A stretch of 64,000 nucleotides of DNA from Catajapyx aquilonaris (Eukaryota): the NCBI GenBank assembly GCA_000934665.2, contig JYFJ02002013.1:1-64000 (forward strand), written 5' to 3'. A program made the translations under genes and the position numbers. Shown piece by piece: positions 39,232 through 53,740 of the stretch (position 1 is the stretch's first letter; each line of letters opens with the position of its first letter). Below the pieces are notes generated by a model. The model worked only from the letters and a program-made list of their open reading frames with translations. It was not told the DNA's origin and made no database searches.

Positions 39232-39628
39232 ATATATATAGAACCACAACTTGAAGGATGAACCTGTATCTTTTTGCCCTTGAGCAATATATCTTCAGTA
39301 ACTTCTTGACATCCCTACTTTCCTTGTAACTGTGCTTCCCAAGGGACGCTTCATGTCATGAGTATAATGAAGCTTCGCAAATCTGGTGTCGATATTCAGC
39401 GACCTTCATCCTTGACACTCCCAACCCCCTCCGGTTACTTGTACACGTTCTGCCCAACGCAGGAGATTGCAACATAACGTTTGCTAAGACATCTGTTTCT
39501 TTATTAGATTATTGTATACGTACAACTCACACTATACAAGGTATTCATTGTTGAATGCCAGGTTAATATCAACACTATAAAAAGTGTCTAATTTATTCAC
39601 TTTTATCTCATTATTTCACACGATTTGT

Positions 39629-42600
39629 TCAACGGAGAATTTGGTGACGGAAGGGTGTTCCTTGGCTAACATTCTCTGTCTTTGACCTTTTCCATCGAAA
39701 CATGGGCCTGATTGTGAAGAAGTAGATGAGTTCCAGTGCGCTGACAAAGCTGAATCCAATGAAGAGGCTAACAATACCACCAAATGCGGCTGAAATAATC
39801 AATTTTGTCATCAAAATTGGTATATTAATATAGTATATACCCGTACAATGCCCTTGTGTTGATTCTTACCAATGAAGTCGTTTCCTGAGAAAGTCACGTC
39901 TCTTTGGTATTTTACAAAGGTTTCCTTTTTGAAGAATACTCGAAGAAGAACTAATTTGCTTCTGAAAAAAACATGACATTAAAAACGAGATTTCAAAAAA
40001 ATGCATCTATCGCTTACAATAACTCTCCATTCTCTCGTCATATACTGTACACACCTGTCAATACCTTCCGGCACGTACTTAAGATCATTTGGATACTTGG
40101 GAAAAGTTGCTTCGCTGATTTCCTGACTGTACATGAACACTTCACATGATGGTGGGCAGTCACATTTCTCCATTGACGTGATATTCACTAAACCTTTCAC
40201 TGCTTGCTTCGGAGCCACTGTTAAAAACTTGGCTGCAAAACACAATACTGTATATTAATTCATTTATGTTAGAGGAGATACTATTTTATTGGGCAGATGA
40301 AATGTAGGCCCAATCCACACTCCAATCATGAATATTTCATCTAACTTACAAAAAATTGATTCCCCGATAAGGAGGGTATGTGTAGCCTACTGTTGGGTGT
40401 TGGCTATACTGTTACATACTGTGATGTTATTGGAATAAGGAAAGCAGATGGGTTCTTACTCGTATGCTTGTTGATGCATTGTGTTCCTGTGTAATTGCAG
40501 TTGGTCTGATTGGCTGGAAGTAAATATTTCATATTTCAAATAACACTTTACTTGACACCTGAGTTAGTATGTACAGTATATTACTGTACGAGTGTATTGA
40601 GTGTCAATACAGAAACTTAGGGATGACCGGTGTGTAATAGAGGAAAACAAGACGTTGATTTTTCACAGGCGCTTTGAAATCCATAAGAGAAACTTACGTA
40701 AGAGATAGTACATGTAAGGTACGCAGCCGCACGTGTCATTCATGGAGCTCAGGGCGCACTCCAGTCGACAGTTTTCATAGGAATACACAGGAAAATACTT
40801 CAGGCTCCTCTCAGATTCATATCGGCAAGCACGTTTTGACACGGGAGTATCTCGAATCCTCGGCGTGCTTGTTGTGGCAGTCGGAGTCACTGCCACGTAC
40901 ATCTCCTTGCCAGCCTCCACCAAAAAGGACTTGGTGGCAGCAAAAGAAAACTTCTGCGGATGGTGAATTCTCACCTGCCACAAAGCAAATAGATGTCATG
41001 AATATGCAAATGCTGCTAATGTTACACAAATAAATGAAAAATACTGTATAATATTACAGTAAAAATAGTACATTACCCTGAATCCGTACATGTTGTGGGA
41101 ATATGCATAATATTCTTCCACTTCGGGATTTAGCAGGACAACTAATCCGACGTTTGGTCCAGCTCCGTTTACTTTTCTGGGTATTACACGTTTCCTGTAA
41201 TAAATGAGTCCAACATGTGTATTATCTTATTCATTACTATCGCGAGAAAGAACAGTGACTGTACACTGGTGAACAAAATCATATGATGCTCCACACAGCA
41301 CTTGCCCGAAGTCCGCAGAGTTGAATCCCCAGCAAAATCCTGCATCTGTTTGTCTCGGTTCAAATATTTGTGAACAATTCACTGGCTTGCTTATCCACCA
41401 GCACTTGACAGCCATCCGTTCTATTGGCTGCATCACCTACGGAAACAGCAAAAATGCAAATGTACGTAATATGATTCATGTATGAGGGAGAGAGTGGTTG
41501 TTTTGGTGCTCTTACATTGTTAGCGCATTATTTTTTACACATTGCTAACTTGTAAGTGGAAAAATTAAGCATTTTATTCAATTATTTCATTGGAAGGAGA
41601 AAGAGAAGTACCGGTATCATTTTCATATGTAGAGTAAGTGTAAGGATTAGATACCTTCATGTCATCAATTAATTAATAACTGAATACTTTGTTTCTGTGC
41701 AATGAAGAATATTAAGTGAAAGTAAAAACCATAGGTCAAAGTATTTTTTGCATTGATGATGCATTGACAGGTCATATTTAGTTAATTGGAAGATAATTAT
41801 GAAACGTCCATCCTTCTTTGAAGTCCATGTCGAAATTCTGGCTGTTCCAGTTATGTTCTATTTTCCACATAAACATCCTCATTTTCCACTGACCTGCTCT
41901 AGTATATTTTTTACACATATTGGAAAAAGTTTAGTCATGTGATCATTATTTGTGTGGATAACAAAATGTGATGTTAGATTTTACGAAAAGGCGCTTTAAT
42001 GAAAAATTAACGACTGAAAATTACAGCTATTTTAAGTCAAACAATATACATTTGTATTCCACTTAAAATAGTAATGGCAGGGAAAATGGTGTATCCTTTA
42101 CATTTACCAATAAATGAGGGCTAAGTGATAAAGAGTGCAATTCAACCAGGACTTTCTACATGTTGGGGTACAGTACAGTAAGCTTGTAGCAAAGTTGTCA
42201 AGCAGTGTAAGATATTGTTGTGCTTCAGTCACTCACGAAAATGGTAGCTTACAATTTTCATTACAGCACTGAGACTCTTTCCTTTGAGTCGTTCCATCAA
42301 CTCTTGGAACTCCACTGTCACTTCATCTGCAATGGTATCATTGGTCTGCACACGCCCAGTTCTTGCCATGTATTGCACAATGGATTCCATAGTCTTCGAA
42401 GAATATTCTTTAAGACTGAAGCAATAAATATTAATATTGGAATTGCACTTGTTTTATACCCTGTGCTGATACCGACCAGTATTAATAATGTTCTGGCTAA
42501 AATGTTTCGGCCGAATGGAGTGAGCGTGAATCATGAACTTACTAGTTAATGACAATTTTAGTGAACATTGGAAACTTTAAAAAATATTATCTTCTTAGGT

Positions 42601-43362
42601 TTTGTTGCAAAATTATGAAATAATAGTAACATATTCCTTGGATCCTTAAATTTTGACATAAATTAATTGAAGAGTTGCTATTTCCAAATCCAGGTTTCTC
42701 TGTATTTATTTACTTTTGCAAGCAATATCGTCCGGGTCATTTTGACCCGTAAAGGTAATTACCTCGAATGTTGTTGCAGGGCAACAGCCACTGTTTTCAA
42801 GGCCTTATTCACATTGCAAATGGTAACTCCTGGAAAGGGGACGCTCCAGATTGGCTCCGAAACAGACGCAATAGTTGTAGCTATTGGTGTATCCATGTAT
42901 CTCTCAAAAACTGGACGCAAGTAGAATGCCGTTCCTATTATTGCGCCAGAGCAAAATAATATCCACAGTACTCTGAAAGTGGAGTTTATTTAACGAAAAG
43001 TGCTTAGCTTGTGTTCTGATGTAGAGGTCTGTTGGAATAATAATGAAACATCATGTACAGTACATAATGAACAGAACCTACCTCTCAAATCTCAAGTTTG
43101 AGTCCTCAGTAATGTACTTGAATCCATGTAGTGAAGTGTTGTCGCAATAACCCTTGACACAATCGTAAGCAAATTTCGATTTTGAGACTTTCTTCGGGGT
43201 TTGTTGCTTTTGTGACAGAAAAAGCTTCCGATTAAAGGCATTCCATGTCGCTTCTTTCGTCTGTGAATATATCGTTGGTGTGTTCACCACTAGATCCGTT
43301 CTTGTCCAGGTGTCGGCAAAATGAAGATCAGTTTTCTTCATTTCATCGGGAGATTTTTTCAT
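39629..43362 (-). CDS. DEG/ENaC (pickpocket-like) channel copy 8, intact
   Basis: ATG at 43362 (MKKSPDEM), just after a CAG acceptor. 10 open exons; intron 4 GG|GCAAGT (41305); ends RHQILR*. Confidence 0.9.
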
Positions 43363-43780
43363 GACAATCTGAAAGGGAGACGTTTTGACTGAAATGACCA
43401 GATTCCTTACACCTCTTTTGGCTTTCAACCATCAGACACATTGGACTAGTTACTTGAGGTGGGTTTTGAAAGTATAGCTGCTAGTATTAGACTGAATTTA
43501 TGTCTCCATCCAGCAAGCTGAATTGCAGAAAATTTCCGAAAGCCATCATATTCCAATCGGCAGGCGTGTAATACGCCGTATTACCCTTACACAAGAGCAA
43601 CATACAGTAAGTGTCAGACACGAAAAAAATTAGACAAATCAACTTACATTCTCCGTCTAGATCCGGTGCTTCAGAAAGATATACAAATTATGCTACACTT
43701 CTGTGTAGACGCCTGTAATGCGACTGTAGGGAATGTTTTGCAAGACTCGACGTGGAACATGTAACTCTGTAAGCGTTCAA

Positions 43781-43833
43781 ATTAATAAGGCACGTAGAAT
43801 CTCCTGGGCTACCGAATCTCCACAACACTACCT
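43781..43833. promoter_or_regulatory. Conserved 53-bp block upstream of copy 8
   Basis: 51 of 53 bases identical to 39179-39231. Confidence 0.5.
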
Positions 43834-44440
43834 GAATGCTATCAACCACAACATAACCATATCCTCCCAACCTTACGTAATATCTCCAATAACGTCTTCA
43901 GGGAAAATTAATTATTTTAAGGCAGCTCCCCCCCTCCCAGGGCGTAAATGTCGCAATGCAGCATGTCGGTGACCCCTATCCTTGACATCCCTCCCTCTCC
44001 GGTCATAATATTTGACCTTCCCCCCAAAGAAGGCAACACAACAAAATATATTTTGCCGAAATCTACAACTTTATTGAAAAATGGTACAATATACAATCAT
44101 GCAGTACCGCACTATGTCAGCAGCTGTCAGTGTGTCAAGATAATGATGGTGGTTGCTGGATATATTTCTTAATATTTTATACGAGCTGAAAGTGCAGAGT
44201 GAATTTTTGTACTGATGTAACAGCAAGAGGTCAGAACATTACTGAGTCAAACAATGGTAGTAGCCTACTGTACAGTACATACTGTGTAGAGAGAGAGTGC
44301 ATCTGGTGAACTCTAGAGAAAGTTAGGATTTAATATTACAGTATGGTAGTGGAGATTACATGAAGGTGGCAAAACAGTATATTTACGAGTAATAACATGG
44401 CTGTGTTTCTTAATACACACAGGAAGAAACACACACTCTT

Positions 44441-44772
44441 GTCTTGACTAAGGCGTGGGGACGGACATTGATCACTTTTCACTGCGAGTGTAAACTGATC
44501 TAACCTAACCTAACCTAACCTAACCTTACCTAACCTATCCTACCTAACCTACCCTACCCTAAGTAACCTAGGCTGAGAAAAATGGACTTTTGTGAAAACC
44601 TACAAATGAAAATAGTGGGGACATGTCCCCACTAATTTACACATGTCCCCACTGTAATGGTACACTTCGCGTGTGTGAGACTGTGGGGACCGACAAATGT
44701 CCCCACAATTGGAACTGGTCCCCACAGCTACAGTAAAACCACAGACTTCCGTCCCCAGACCTTAGTCAAGAC
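44441..44772. mobile_element. Non-autonomous element with 25-bp inverted repeats and an internal (CCTAA)n tract
   Basis: GTCTTGACTAAGG(CG/TC)TGGGGACGGA inverted at 44441-44465 and 44748-44772. Degenerate (CCTAA)n at about 44500-44570. Several GTCCCCAC/GTGGGGAC motifs. Confidence 0.7.
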
Positions 44773-45055
44773 CTGATCAATGGATTTTTTTGTAATGAGT
44801 GCAAACAAATGAGTGAAGATGAGCTTTTATGATACCGGTATTCTATATAATTAGCATTTTATGTTAATTAACGACAGTGAATATATTCAGTTTCGAAATT
44901 GACTATCTTTTATGGAGGTTATATATATTTTAAAACGGAGCAGAACCATATGTGAACATTGCACTAATTTAGCAAATAAGCCTTTTTATGAGGGCCTGAC
45001 GTAAGTAATACCTTACTTCCGACTCAGATTTTGACTAATATTACAGCTATTTTGT

Positions 45056-48000
45056 TCAACGCAGAATTTGGTGACGGAATGGTGGTGCTTGGCTAACACT
45101 CTCTGTCTTAGACCTTTTCCATCGGAGCACTGGCCTGACCGTGAAAAAGTAGATGAGCTCCATTGCGCTGACAAAGCTGAATCCAATGAATAGGCCAACA
45201 ATGCCACCAAATGCAGCTGAAATAATAGTTATTGCTGTTAACAATATTGTAGATCTAGTAAATACACATGTCATTGCGTTCATTCTTACCAATGAAATCG
45301 TTTCCTGAGAAAGTCACGTCGCTTTGGTACTTTACAAAGGTTTCTTTTTTGAAGAACACTCGAAGAAGAACTAATTTGCTTCTGCAATAATTCAAGATAA
45401 TATTATTAACATTGTTCCAACATATGGAAGAAATTATTTTGTTCTCTCTAACGGTTTAGCTTGACGTTAGATATGAGCGCGTTTAATGCGTTAACATTTT
45501 TACTACTTTCTTTGCCGTCCGACTGGACAAGTGACAGGTACATGTACAGTAGGTCCTACAGGTGCTGTTAATGTCACGTTTATGGAAATCTGAATTTATA
45601 AAAGAGGCACATCACATGTTTGCGTGAAATGTACCACACTGTACAACGCAGAAGGTTACTATGAATGTTTTATGAGACTAAACCTACTGGCCAATATTTT
45701 TGCCAACTCACGACATACCCATCCCACTAAGACTATACTACACGCGATTCACCGGTCACGTACTGTACACACCTGTCAATACCTTCCGGCACATACTTAA
45801 GATCTTCTGGATACTTGGGAAATGTTGCTTCGCTGATTTCCTGACTGTAAGTGAACACTTCACATGATGGCGGGCAGTCGCATTTCTCCATTGACGTGAT
45901 ATTCACTAAACCTTTCACTTTTTTCGTGGGAGTGACTGATAAAAACTTGGCTGCAATGCATAATATATTAATATTCATCGCTGTATGTTAGAGGAGATAA
46001 TTATTATTTTTGTTTCACTTTTACAAAATGAGCCCATTCCTTAGTCCCATAATATTGAATCTAAAAATTATTAATTCTCCCATAAGGAGAGTATGGATCA
46101 ACATCAAGTACTTTTTTGTTGAAGCTACTATGTATTAGTAGACTCTATATGATTATTAAATAAGTAAACTTGCTGGATTGGAACGACACACAGTTTCTTA
46201 CTTGTATGCTTGTTGATGCATTGTATTCCTGTGTAGTTGCAGCTAGTATGATTGGCTGGAAAGAAAATATGTCACTTTAAAATAATAACATATCATTATT
46301 ACTTATTATGTTTCACATGCATAAGAATCGGTGTTATTACGAAGACACATTCTGCTTAATAAGTGAACGGAGCTCAACAAAACACTAACTTGCATGCTAA
46401 ATTGACAGCTATTAGAGAAACTCACGTAAGCGAAAGTACATGTAAGGGACACAGCCACACGTGTCATTCATGGAGGTCAGGCCGCACTCCATTCGACAGT
46501 TGTCGTAGGAATACCCAGGGAAATACTTCAGCTTTATCTCATGCTTGTATCGGCAATCACGTTTTGACATGGGAGTGTCTAGAATCCTCTTCGTAGTTGT
46601 TGTGGCAGTCGGAGTCACTGCTACGTACATTTCCTTGCCAGCCTCCACCAAAAAAGACTTGGTGGCAGCAAAGGGAAAGTCTTGCGGATGGTTAATCCTC
46701 ACCTATACACCAAGGCAAAAAGATGTCATGATTGCATATGATACGCTGCAAAATCATCCAAACAAATGACAGAGAAAATATGGTCGAGAAATTATTTTAC
46801 TCTGACGAATGTTATACACGTAACCTTGAATCCGTGCATGTTGTGGGAAAATGAGTAATATTCTTCCACTTCTGGATTTAGCAGGACCACCAATCCCACG
46901 TTTGGTCCAGCTCCGTTTACTTTTCTGGGACTTTTAAGTTCTCTGGCAATAAATGTGTTCATCATATTACTACAACACTAGTAGAAGGTGTAGTTACGCA
47001 AAGGACAATCACTGTGTACTAGTAGTTAATGAAAATAATATTAAAATCTCACGATATCTCTATATAGCATACATGTAGTGTGAGAGGTCACAGATATCAC
47101 ACTGATGCTGCATATACTTGCCCATTCAAGTCCACAGAGTTGAATCCCCAGCAATATCCTGCATCCGTCTCTCTCGTTTCAAATATTTCTGAACAGTTGA
47201 CTGATTTGCTTATCCACCAGCACTTGACAGCCATACGTTCTATTGGCTGCATCACCTATACGGAAACAGCAAATGTACGTAATATGATTCATGTATGAGG
47301 GAGAGAGTGGTTGTTTTGGTGCTTTTACATTCTTAGCACATGCTGACATAATTATTTTACTAAGCGAGAAAATTGAGCATATTGTTTCAATATTATTAGA
47401 AGGCAATTGATAAGTAACAATAATTTCGTTTTGACGTTGAATAAGTTAGCAGGTGAATAAGAGTGATGCAGAATAAGTGAAAGGTTTGCAATAATTAATC
47501 AATTAATTAATTAATGGAATGAGGTTTCCCCTGCCTACACTACAAACAGCTTGAAGAAGTGAACAGGAGAGCAATCTCAGGTGAAATAATTATAGATGAT
47601 CCACCTAGAGGTGACTAATAGCCATTTAAGTGAAAGAAAAATCTGGAGAAATCTTGGGTTCCTTAGAATGCCTACTAATATTCTGTCATTACCACTTACG
47701 TTTCTTAATTTTCCAAGGAAAAATTATATATTTCCAATTAACTTATATTTTCTGTTCATTTGCTTTCTCATAACAACTCACCCTTCTCATTAATAAACTG
47801 AGGCGTAATCCTCTGACATGTTCTACCGCCTCTTCGAACTCTTCTGTCTTCTCATTAGAGTTAGACTCGTTGGTCTGCGCATGCCCAGTTCTTGCCATAA
47901 AATCTACAATGGCTTCCACAGTTTTTTCAGAATATTGACTATATCTGAAACAATAATATTACGATTAAAATTATAATACATATAACCTACAGTACATTAT

Positions 48001-48713
48001 ATTATTACGTATTATATTATATTATATTATATTATATTATATTGTTGCTCTTTGTGTTACACTTTACACTGTAATATTACTTGCTTTCAATGATTGATAC
48101 TGACCTTTATTTAAAACGTACTGTATACTGGCTAAAATGTTTCGGATGACTAGAATGAGCACGTACATTCTGTGCCTATATACACGAAGTTTATAAATAT
48201 TTCTGATTCGTTGAGGATGTAATTACGCGAAATCTTAGTTTTATTATTTTTACGATATTAAATACAACTCCACTCTTTACGCCGATACCGATGCTACAAA
48301 ATTAATATCTTTAATATTTTCAGAGTAGCCTAACTATCGCGTTTTTTGACGTTTCATTGCGAACGCTCCAATCATCTGAAACATTTTTGCCAGAGTTAAG
48401 TAATTAATTACGTACAATTTAGAAGAATTTCGAATGCTTAGGACCCGTGTTTTCAATGCCTTATTCACATTGCATATGGTCACTCCTGGAAAGGGGACGC
48501 TCCAAATTGGCTCCGCAACAGATTCTATAGTAGTAGAGATTGGTACTTCTATATATCTCTCAAAAATGGGACGCAAGTAAAATGCCGTTCCTATTATTGC
48601 GCCAGAGCAAAATAATATCCACAGTACCCTGAAAGTGAGGGGTATTAGTGAGGCTGCGGAGACCAAGCAACACATGTATCTGAACTTTATGTTCTTATTC
48701 AGAGGCTTTTTTG

Positions 48714-48764
<51 letters not shown>

Positions 48765-49080
48765 AACACCCTGCATGTCATGAGCAGAACCTATACCTCT
48801 CAAATGTCAAATTTGAGTCCTCAGTAATGTACTTGAATCCATGTAGCGAAGTGTTGTCGCAATAACTCTTGACGCAGTCGTAAGAAAAGTCTGAGTTTGG
48901 GACTTTCTTCGGAGTTTGCTGCTTTTGTGGCAGAAAGACTATCCGATTCAGAGAATTCCATGTCACTTCCTTAGCCTGTGAATATATTGTTGCTGTGTTC
49001 ACCGTTTGATTCTTTCTCGTCCAGGTTTCAATTGAAGGAGCATTCTTTGCGACGTAATGACGATTATCAATTTTCTCCAT
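45056..49080 (-). CDS. DEG/ENaC (pickpocket-like) channel copy 9, intact, sister of copy 8
   Basis: MEKIDNRHY..; 10 open exons; intron 4 GG|GCAAGT (47121); ends RHQILR*. Confidence 0.9.
48715..48762. repeat. (AAT)n microsatellite, intron 1 of copy 9
   Basis: Directly visible; not expanded in copy 8. Confidence 0.95.
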
Positions 49081-50698
49081 ATTTGGCGGTTTCCGTTAAG
49101 AGTATAATAATCTGTTAAGAAATATTCAGGGGTTCCGATTGAAATGATCGTGTTATTCATTTGGCGTGGACTGTTAGAAATATTATAATAACAATAAAAT
49201 AATGAAAGCCACCATTATTCTTAACAATTTAAGTTGTGAAGTCAAGACATACCTTCTGCACGTCCTGATCATGTGTTGCAAGCGTTGAGGACTCAGCTCG
49301 CGCTCAGCTAATGCCAATAGTTAATGACACCCAGAGGAGAAAATAGGTCTTCTAGTAGTATTGCACATGCGATTTGGGTCTGTATAATCAGACTCATGGA
49401 GATTTTATGTCTATCGAGGGACTATTCATGGTCATGACCATATATTATAGAGGTAGCCTGGGGAAAAGTGCAAGGTAGTGTTTCCACACGACATTATTTT
49501 ATTGACTGCTGGTAATTGTCATCTTAAGAGGTCTGTCCCAGAAAATAATGCACCAAACATTTGCTGCATTGCACCTATATTGTTTCGTAACTGATACAGA
49601 TAAACCAATAAATTAATGTTTAAATGCTGGTTCTGAGATCAGAGATTCATTTATTTCAAGCAGTGGTGTCGCATGTTTTCTTCAGCCTTTTACCAAGATT
49701 CACTGAACACATTCTGGCATGCTTGTGCCCCCTCCTCATGCGACTTTCATTTATAATAAATACAGTAACAATATGACAGTTGCAGCTTGAGTTATACTGT
49801 ACATAATTACGTATATGCTAGGGATATATCAATATATGGTAGCATGCATTTACTCACATCCAGATGATGGAATGGGATCTTCGCAAATATTAACTGCAGC
49901 TCTGCATGAATTTCTTTGCGACTTAGGTGCAACGAGCTCGCTGCGTCACTTCGAGGAATTATTGAATGTGAGAGTATGGCAGCCAACGTTTCATGTGTGT
50001 CGGAGACGAACTTGATCCTCGTGATTGATTACGACAAGCAAGCAATGCTTTGAAGAATTAATTTACATGGGACCTGGAATTTTTTACCCATCTGATTTTC
50101 TGGCGCACTAATATTATGAACCATAGTACACCATTTAAATAAATTAATCCAAGTATCGTAACTTGATTGTAGACATCATACATTTCGGGCATGAATTTGC
50201 CTTCTATTGCCTTGTATTGAATTTAAATTTATTGGTGGTTTAATTATTTTGATACAAAACTGGGAACTTATTAGGTGATAGCAGGCAGTAACAAAGATAA
50301 TGGAAGCGTTATGGACCGGTTCCGCTTAGGAATGTAATTATCTTTAATTATAATTAGATTTTCAACAAAAAACAAGGAAAATAAACAAAACCGATGAATA
50401 CAGAGATCTCTGAGGCCCTGACATTCATTCTTTTAAGTTTGTCTGTATCATTACAAAGAAAGTTTCAGTCACATTCTAACCATTCACTCAAAGGAAATGC
50501 AGCGAAGGATTTACCAAAAGCTATACCTTTATTGTGCTACTCAAGGTGCTACTGTATACATTTACTGTGCATAAATTGCTATTGTCATACTGTAGGCTAT
50601 TGGACGATAGAAGTTTAAAGAGGTCGCGGCATCACTTCAAAGAATTATTGACAAATGTGGTAGAATGATCATAGTGTTATGATCTGCTATTGTGATTA

Positions 50699-53287
50699 TC
50701 AGCGAATCAGTCCTCGACGCCAGGGTGTCGAGATATTCACACGCGGCGTGGCATGTTTCCATCGAAGGATTGGTCTAATAGTGAAGAAGTAGATAACCTC
50801 AGCTATGCTGACAAAGCTGAATCCGATGAACAAACCTACTATTCCGCCGAATGAGGCTTTTAAAAAAGGAATCGGGAATGTTATGATTGTCATGTGTGGT
50901 TCTGACACATTGTGATGAACTTACCGATGAAGTCGCTTGCTGTGTACATCAGGTCCCTTTGATACAGGACGAACGTTTCGGACTTGAAGAACACGCGAAG
51001 GAGAACCAAGTTGGTCCTGAGCGGAATATTATTCGTTGCTTAAGCATTTGACAGTAATAAGCTTCATTTCATCCATGAATTTACTCACTTGTCTATCTTC
51101 TCGTCCACATAATCAAGATCGGTTGTAAATCTGGGGAATATGGCTTCACTGGTCTCGTAAGTGTAGGCGAGGGCGTTGCAATTGGGACGACATGCGCAAT
51201 CTTCCATGGAATCTATTTCTTCAAGTCCTTCTACTGTCTCATGTGGATTCACCGTCAAAAATCTTGCTGCATTTGGGAAGAGTTGCATAATTAATTATGA
51301 TGCTCCATAGAATTATGAACATTATTCGCATAAAGCCAGTGCATACTTGAATGCTTATTGATGCATTGTAATCCTTTGTAATTGCACTGCAGTTGGTTAC
51401 CTGCAAAAAAATAAAAATTAGAAGTAGTTTTGACAGGAATCAATATCTCAGATACCGAGTAAGAAACTCACTCAATTGGGAATACATGTAAGGAACGCAG
51501 CGACAGGTTTTGTTCATGGAAGCTAAGACGCACTCCATGCGACAATTGACGAAACTGTATGAGGGATAATAATCCAGAGATATCTCATCTTCGAAGCGGC
51601 ACAATCGTTTCGAGGGAGGAGTTTTCTTAACGTCCTTAGTGCTCTTGGTGCGTGTCGGTGTGACGGCCACGTACATCTCCTTGCCCGACTCCAGAAGAAA
51701 TCCCTTGGCTCCAATATTCGCGAAATTCATTGGATTGTGAATCCTTACCTGCGAACATCAGTAGAGAAATAATCTTTGAAAAGTTAAGAACAGTACAACT
51801 AAGAAAACACTTGCAATTAAATTGTTATAATTTTCGAATATTCAGTGATCATATTACTGGAGAGAAATCGCCTATACCTTGAATCCATAAATATTGTTAG
51901 TGTAAGAAGAATAACTCTCTATGTCGGGGTTCAACAGCACTGTTAATCCAATGTGTGGCCCAGCTCCGTTTACAACTTTTGGTTTAAAAGTGTCGTGAGT
52001 TCTGAAAAATTAATATTACAAGTAGTAATAACTTAAATTACATTATAACTACTACACTGTGGTGCGGCTATTATAAAATATGCAGTGCCATAATATCCGC
52101 TTACTTTTCGTTTTTTAACTTCTGAGACACAGAATTGAAGCCCCAGCAGAATCCTTCGTCGGTGCCTCTCAGTGCAAATATTTCAGAGCAATTCACTATT
52201 TTACTTAACCACCAGCATCTAATGGCCACACGCTCAATGTGCTCCTTCACCTGAAATACGCACGAAGAATGATACACATGGTCAGACCTATGCTGTTGAG
52301 TAATTAGAAATGACCATGAAAAGTCTGGTCTATCAATAATAATTCTCACATTGTGTCATAGTCATCCTGTTTATTCTGAAAAAAAAAAAATCTTACCTCC
52401 TTCATCAATTCCTCCAAACCTGCTACTTTCACTTCTTCGTCAATGACTTCTTTGATGTCCTCTTCGGATACCTGCGGAGGACTTCGAGTGGATTGGCCTA
52501 TTTGAGCCAAGTATTGGACAACTTCACGAATAACATCTGGACGGTACTTTTTCCACCTTAAAAGCCATATAATAATAGTGCAATTTATACTGTATTTGCT
52601 TGGCAGCCCCAGGTGACTGAACTTCAGGAAATAATAACGTGTTAATATAGACACAATTTCCGTAGTTATCTTTAACTTATGTTCATATATAGTTGTCCAT
52701 AAAATTTGAAGTTAAGTGCTCTATTTGTACCTTTCTGTTTGCATAAGTGCATCAAGTTTACGTTTTGCTGCCTTGTTGTTGTTGCATATGGTAACTCCTG
52801 GAAATGGCACTCTCCAAATGGGTTCTGCCACTGACTCAATGCTTGTGGAAATAGGCGTTTGCATGTATTTCTCAAACGCTGGTTGCAGAAATAATGCTGT
52901 TCCTATTATTGCGCATATGCAAAATAATATCCACATTATTCTGAAAGGTAATGAGCCTGTTTCTAATTGTTCTTAAAGTACCAATGTAATTTATGCAACA
53001 GAGTACCTTTCAATATTCAAATTTGAATTTTCGGTAATATATTTGAATCCATGCAGAGAGGTGTTGTCACAGTAATCTTTCACACACTTGTACACAAACT
53101 CAGAGTTGACTTTATGGTGACGTGACTCTTGAGTGTGTGTGATCAGTTCATGTTTGATGGAAGTCAATCCCAGCTCCTTTTCCCAAGAGTATACTGGAGT
53201 AATCGTTTGATTTTTCTTCTTCTTCCAAGGGAGAATAGAAATAGCAACGGCCTTGAAGTAATTTGCGCCTTTTCCAAAGCTACTCAT
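50699..53287 (-). CDS. DEG/ENaC (pickpocket-like) channel copy 10, intact, compact
   Basis: MSSFGKG..NTSLHGFKY; FPGVTICN; CRMEC..CRCVPY; ASFGGIVGLFIGFS..WRRGLIR*. All donors are GT. Confidence 0.92.
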
Positions 53288-53740
53288 ACTGGCGACTAAA
53301 TACAATAAAAAATGAGTAAAGTTTAGAAACACTTTCACGGACACTACTTCACTCGGACAGAACTTTGTGAATAGAGTCGGATTTTTTAATTAAGCGCAAG
53401 TTTTAAATATCCAGATATTTTGCACAGAGTTGCAACTGGAATATAGAATTAAGACTGCTGATAAATAATGGGTCTAAACATCAGTTTGTTCCAAATAGGA
53501 ATGCACCGCTAAAATGTTCGTACTTGGATCAATCTGGCCTGCAACAAGCTTCCCTATATTAGCAGCACATACACTCGCCCTGTATACCTATACCATCATA
53601 TTAAACCAATTTAAGCTACTGTATATCTGGCACCGTATACTGTGTCAGAGTTACGGCGACCCGACCATAAAGGCCCCGCGACAATCTGGTACCGTACCCC
53701 AAATTTGTGATTCAATGCATTTTTATGACCAATTAATACG

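Noticed and set aside
49700..50650. Short plus-strand ORFs in the spacers (49815, 50394, also 54835)
   Set aside because: No recognisable domain, splice pattern or paralog conservation.
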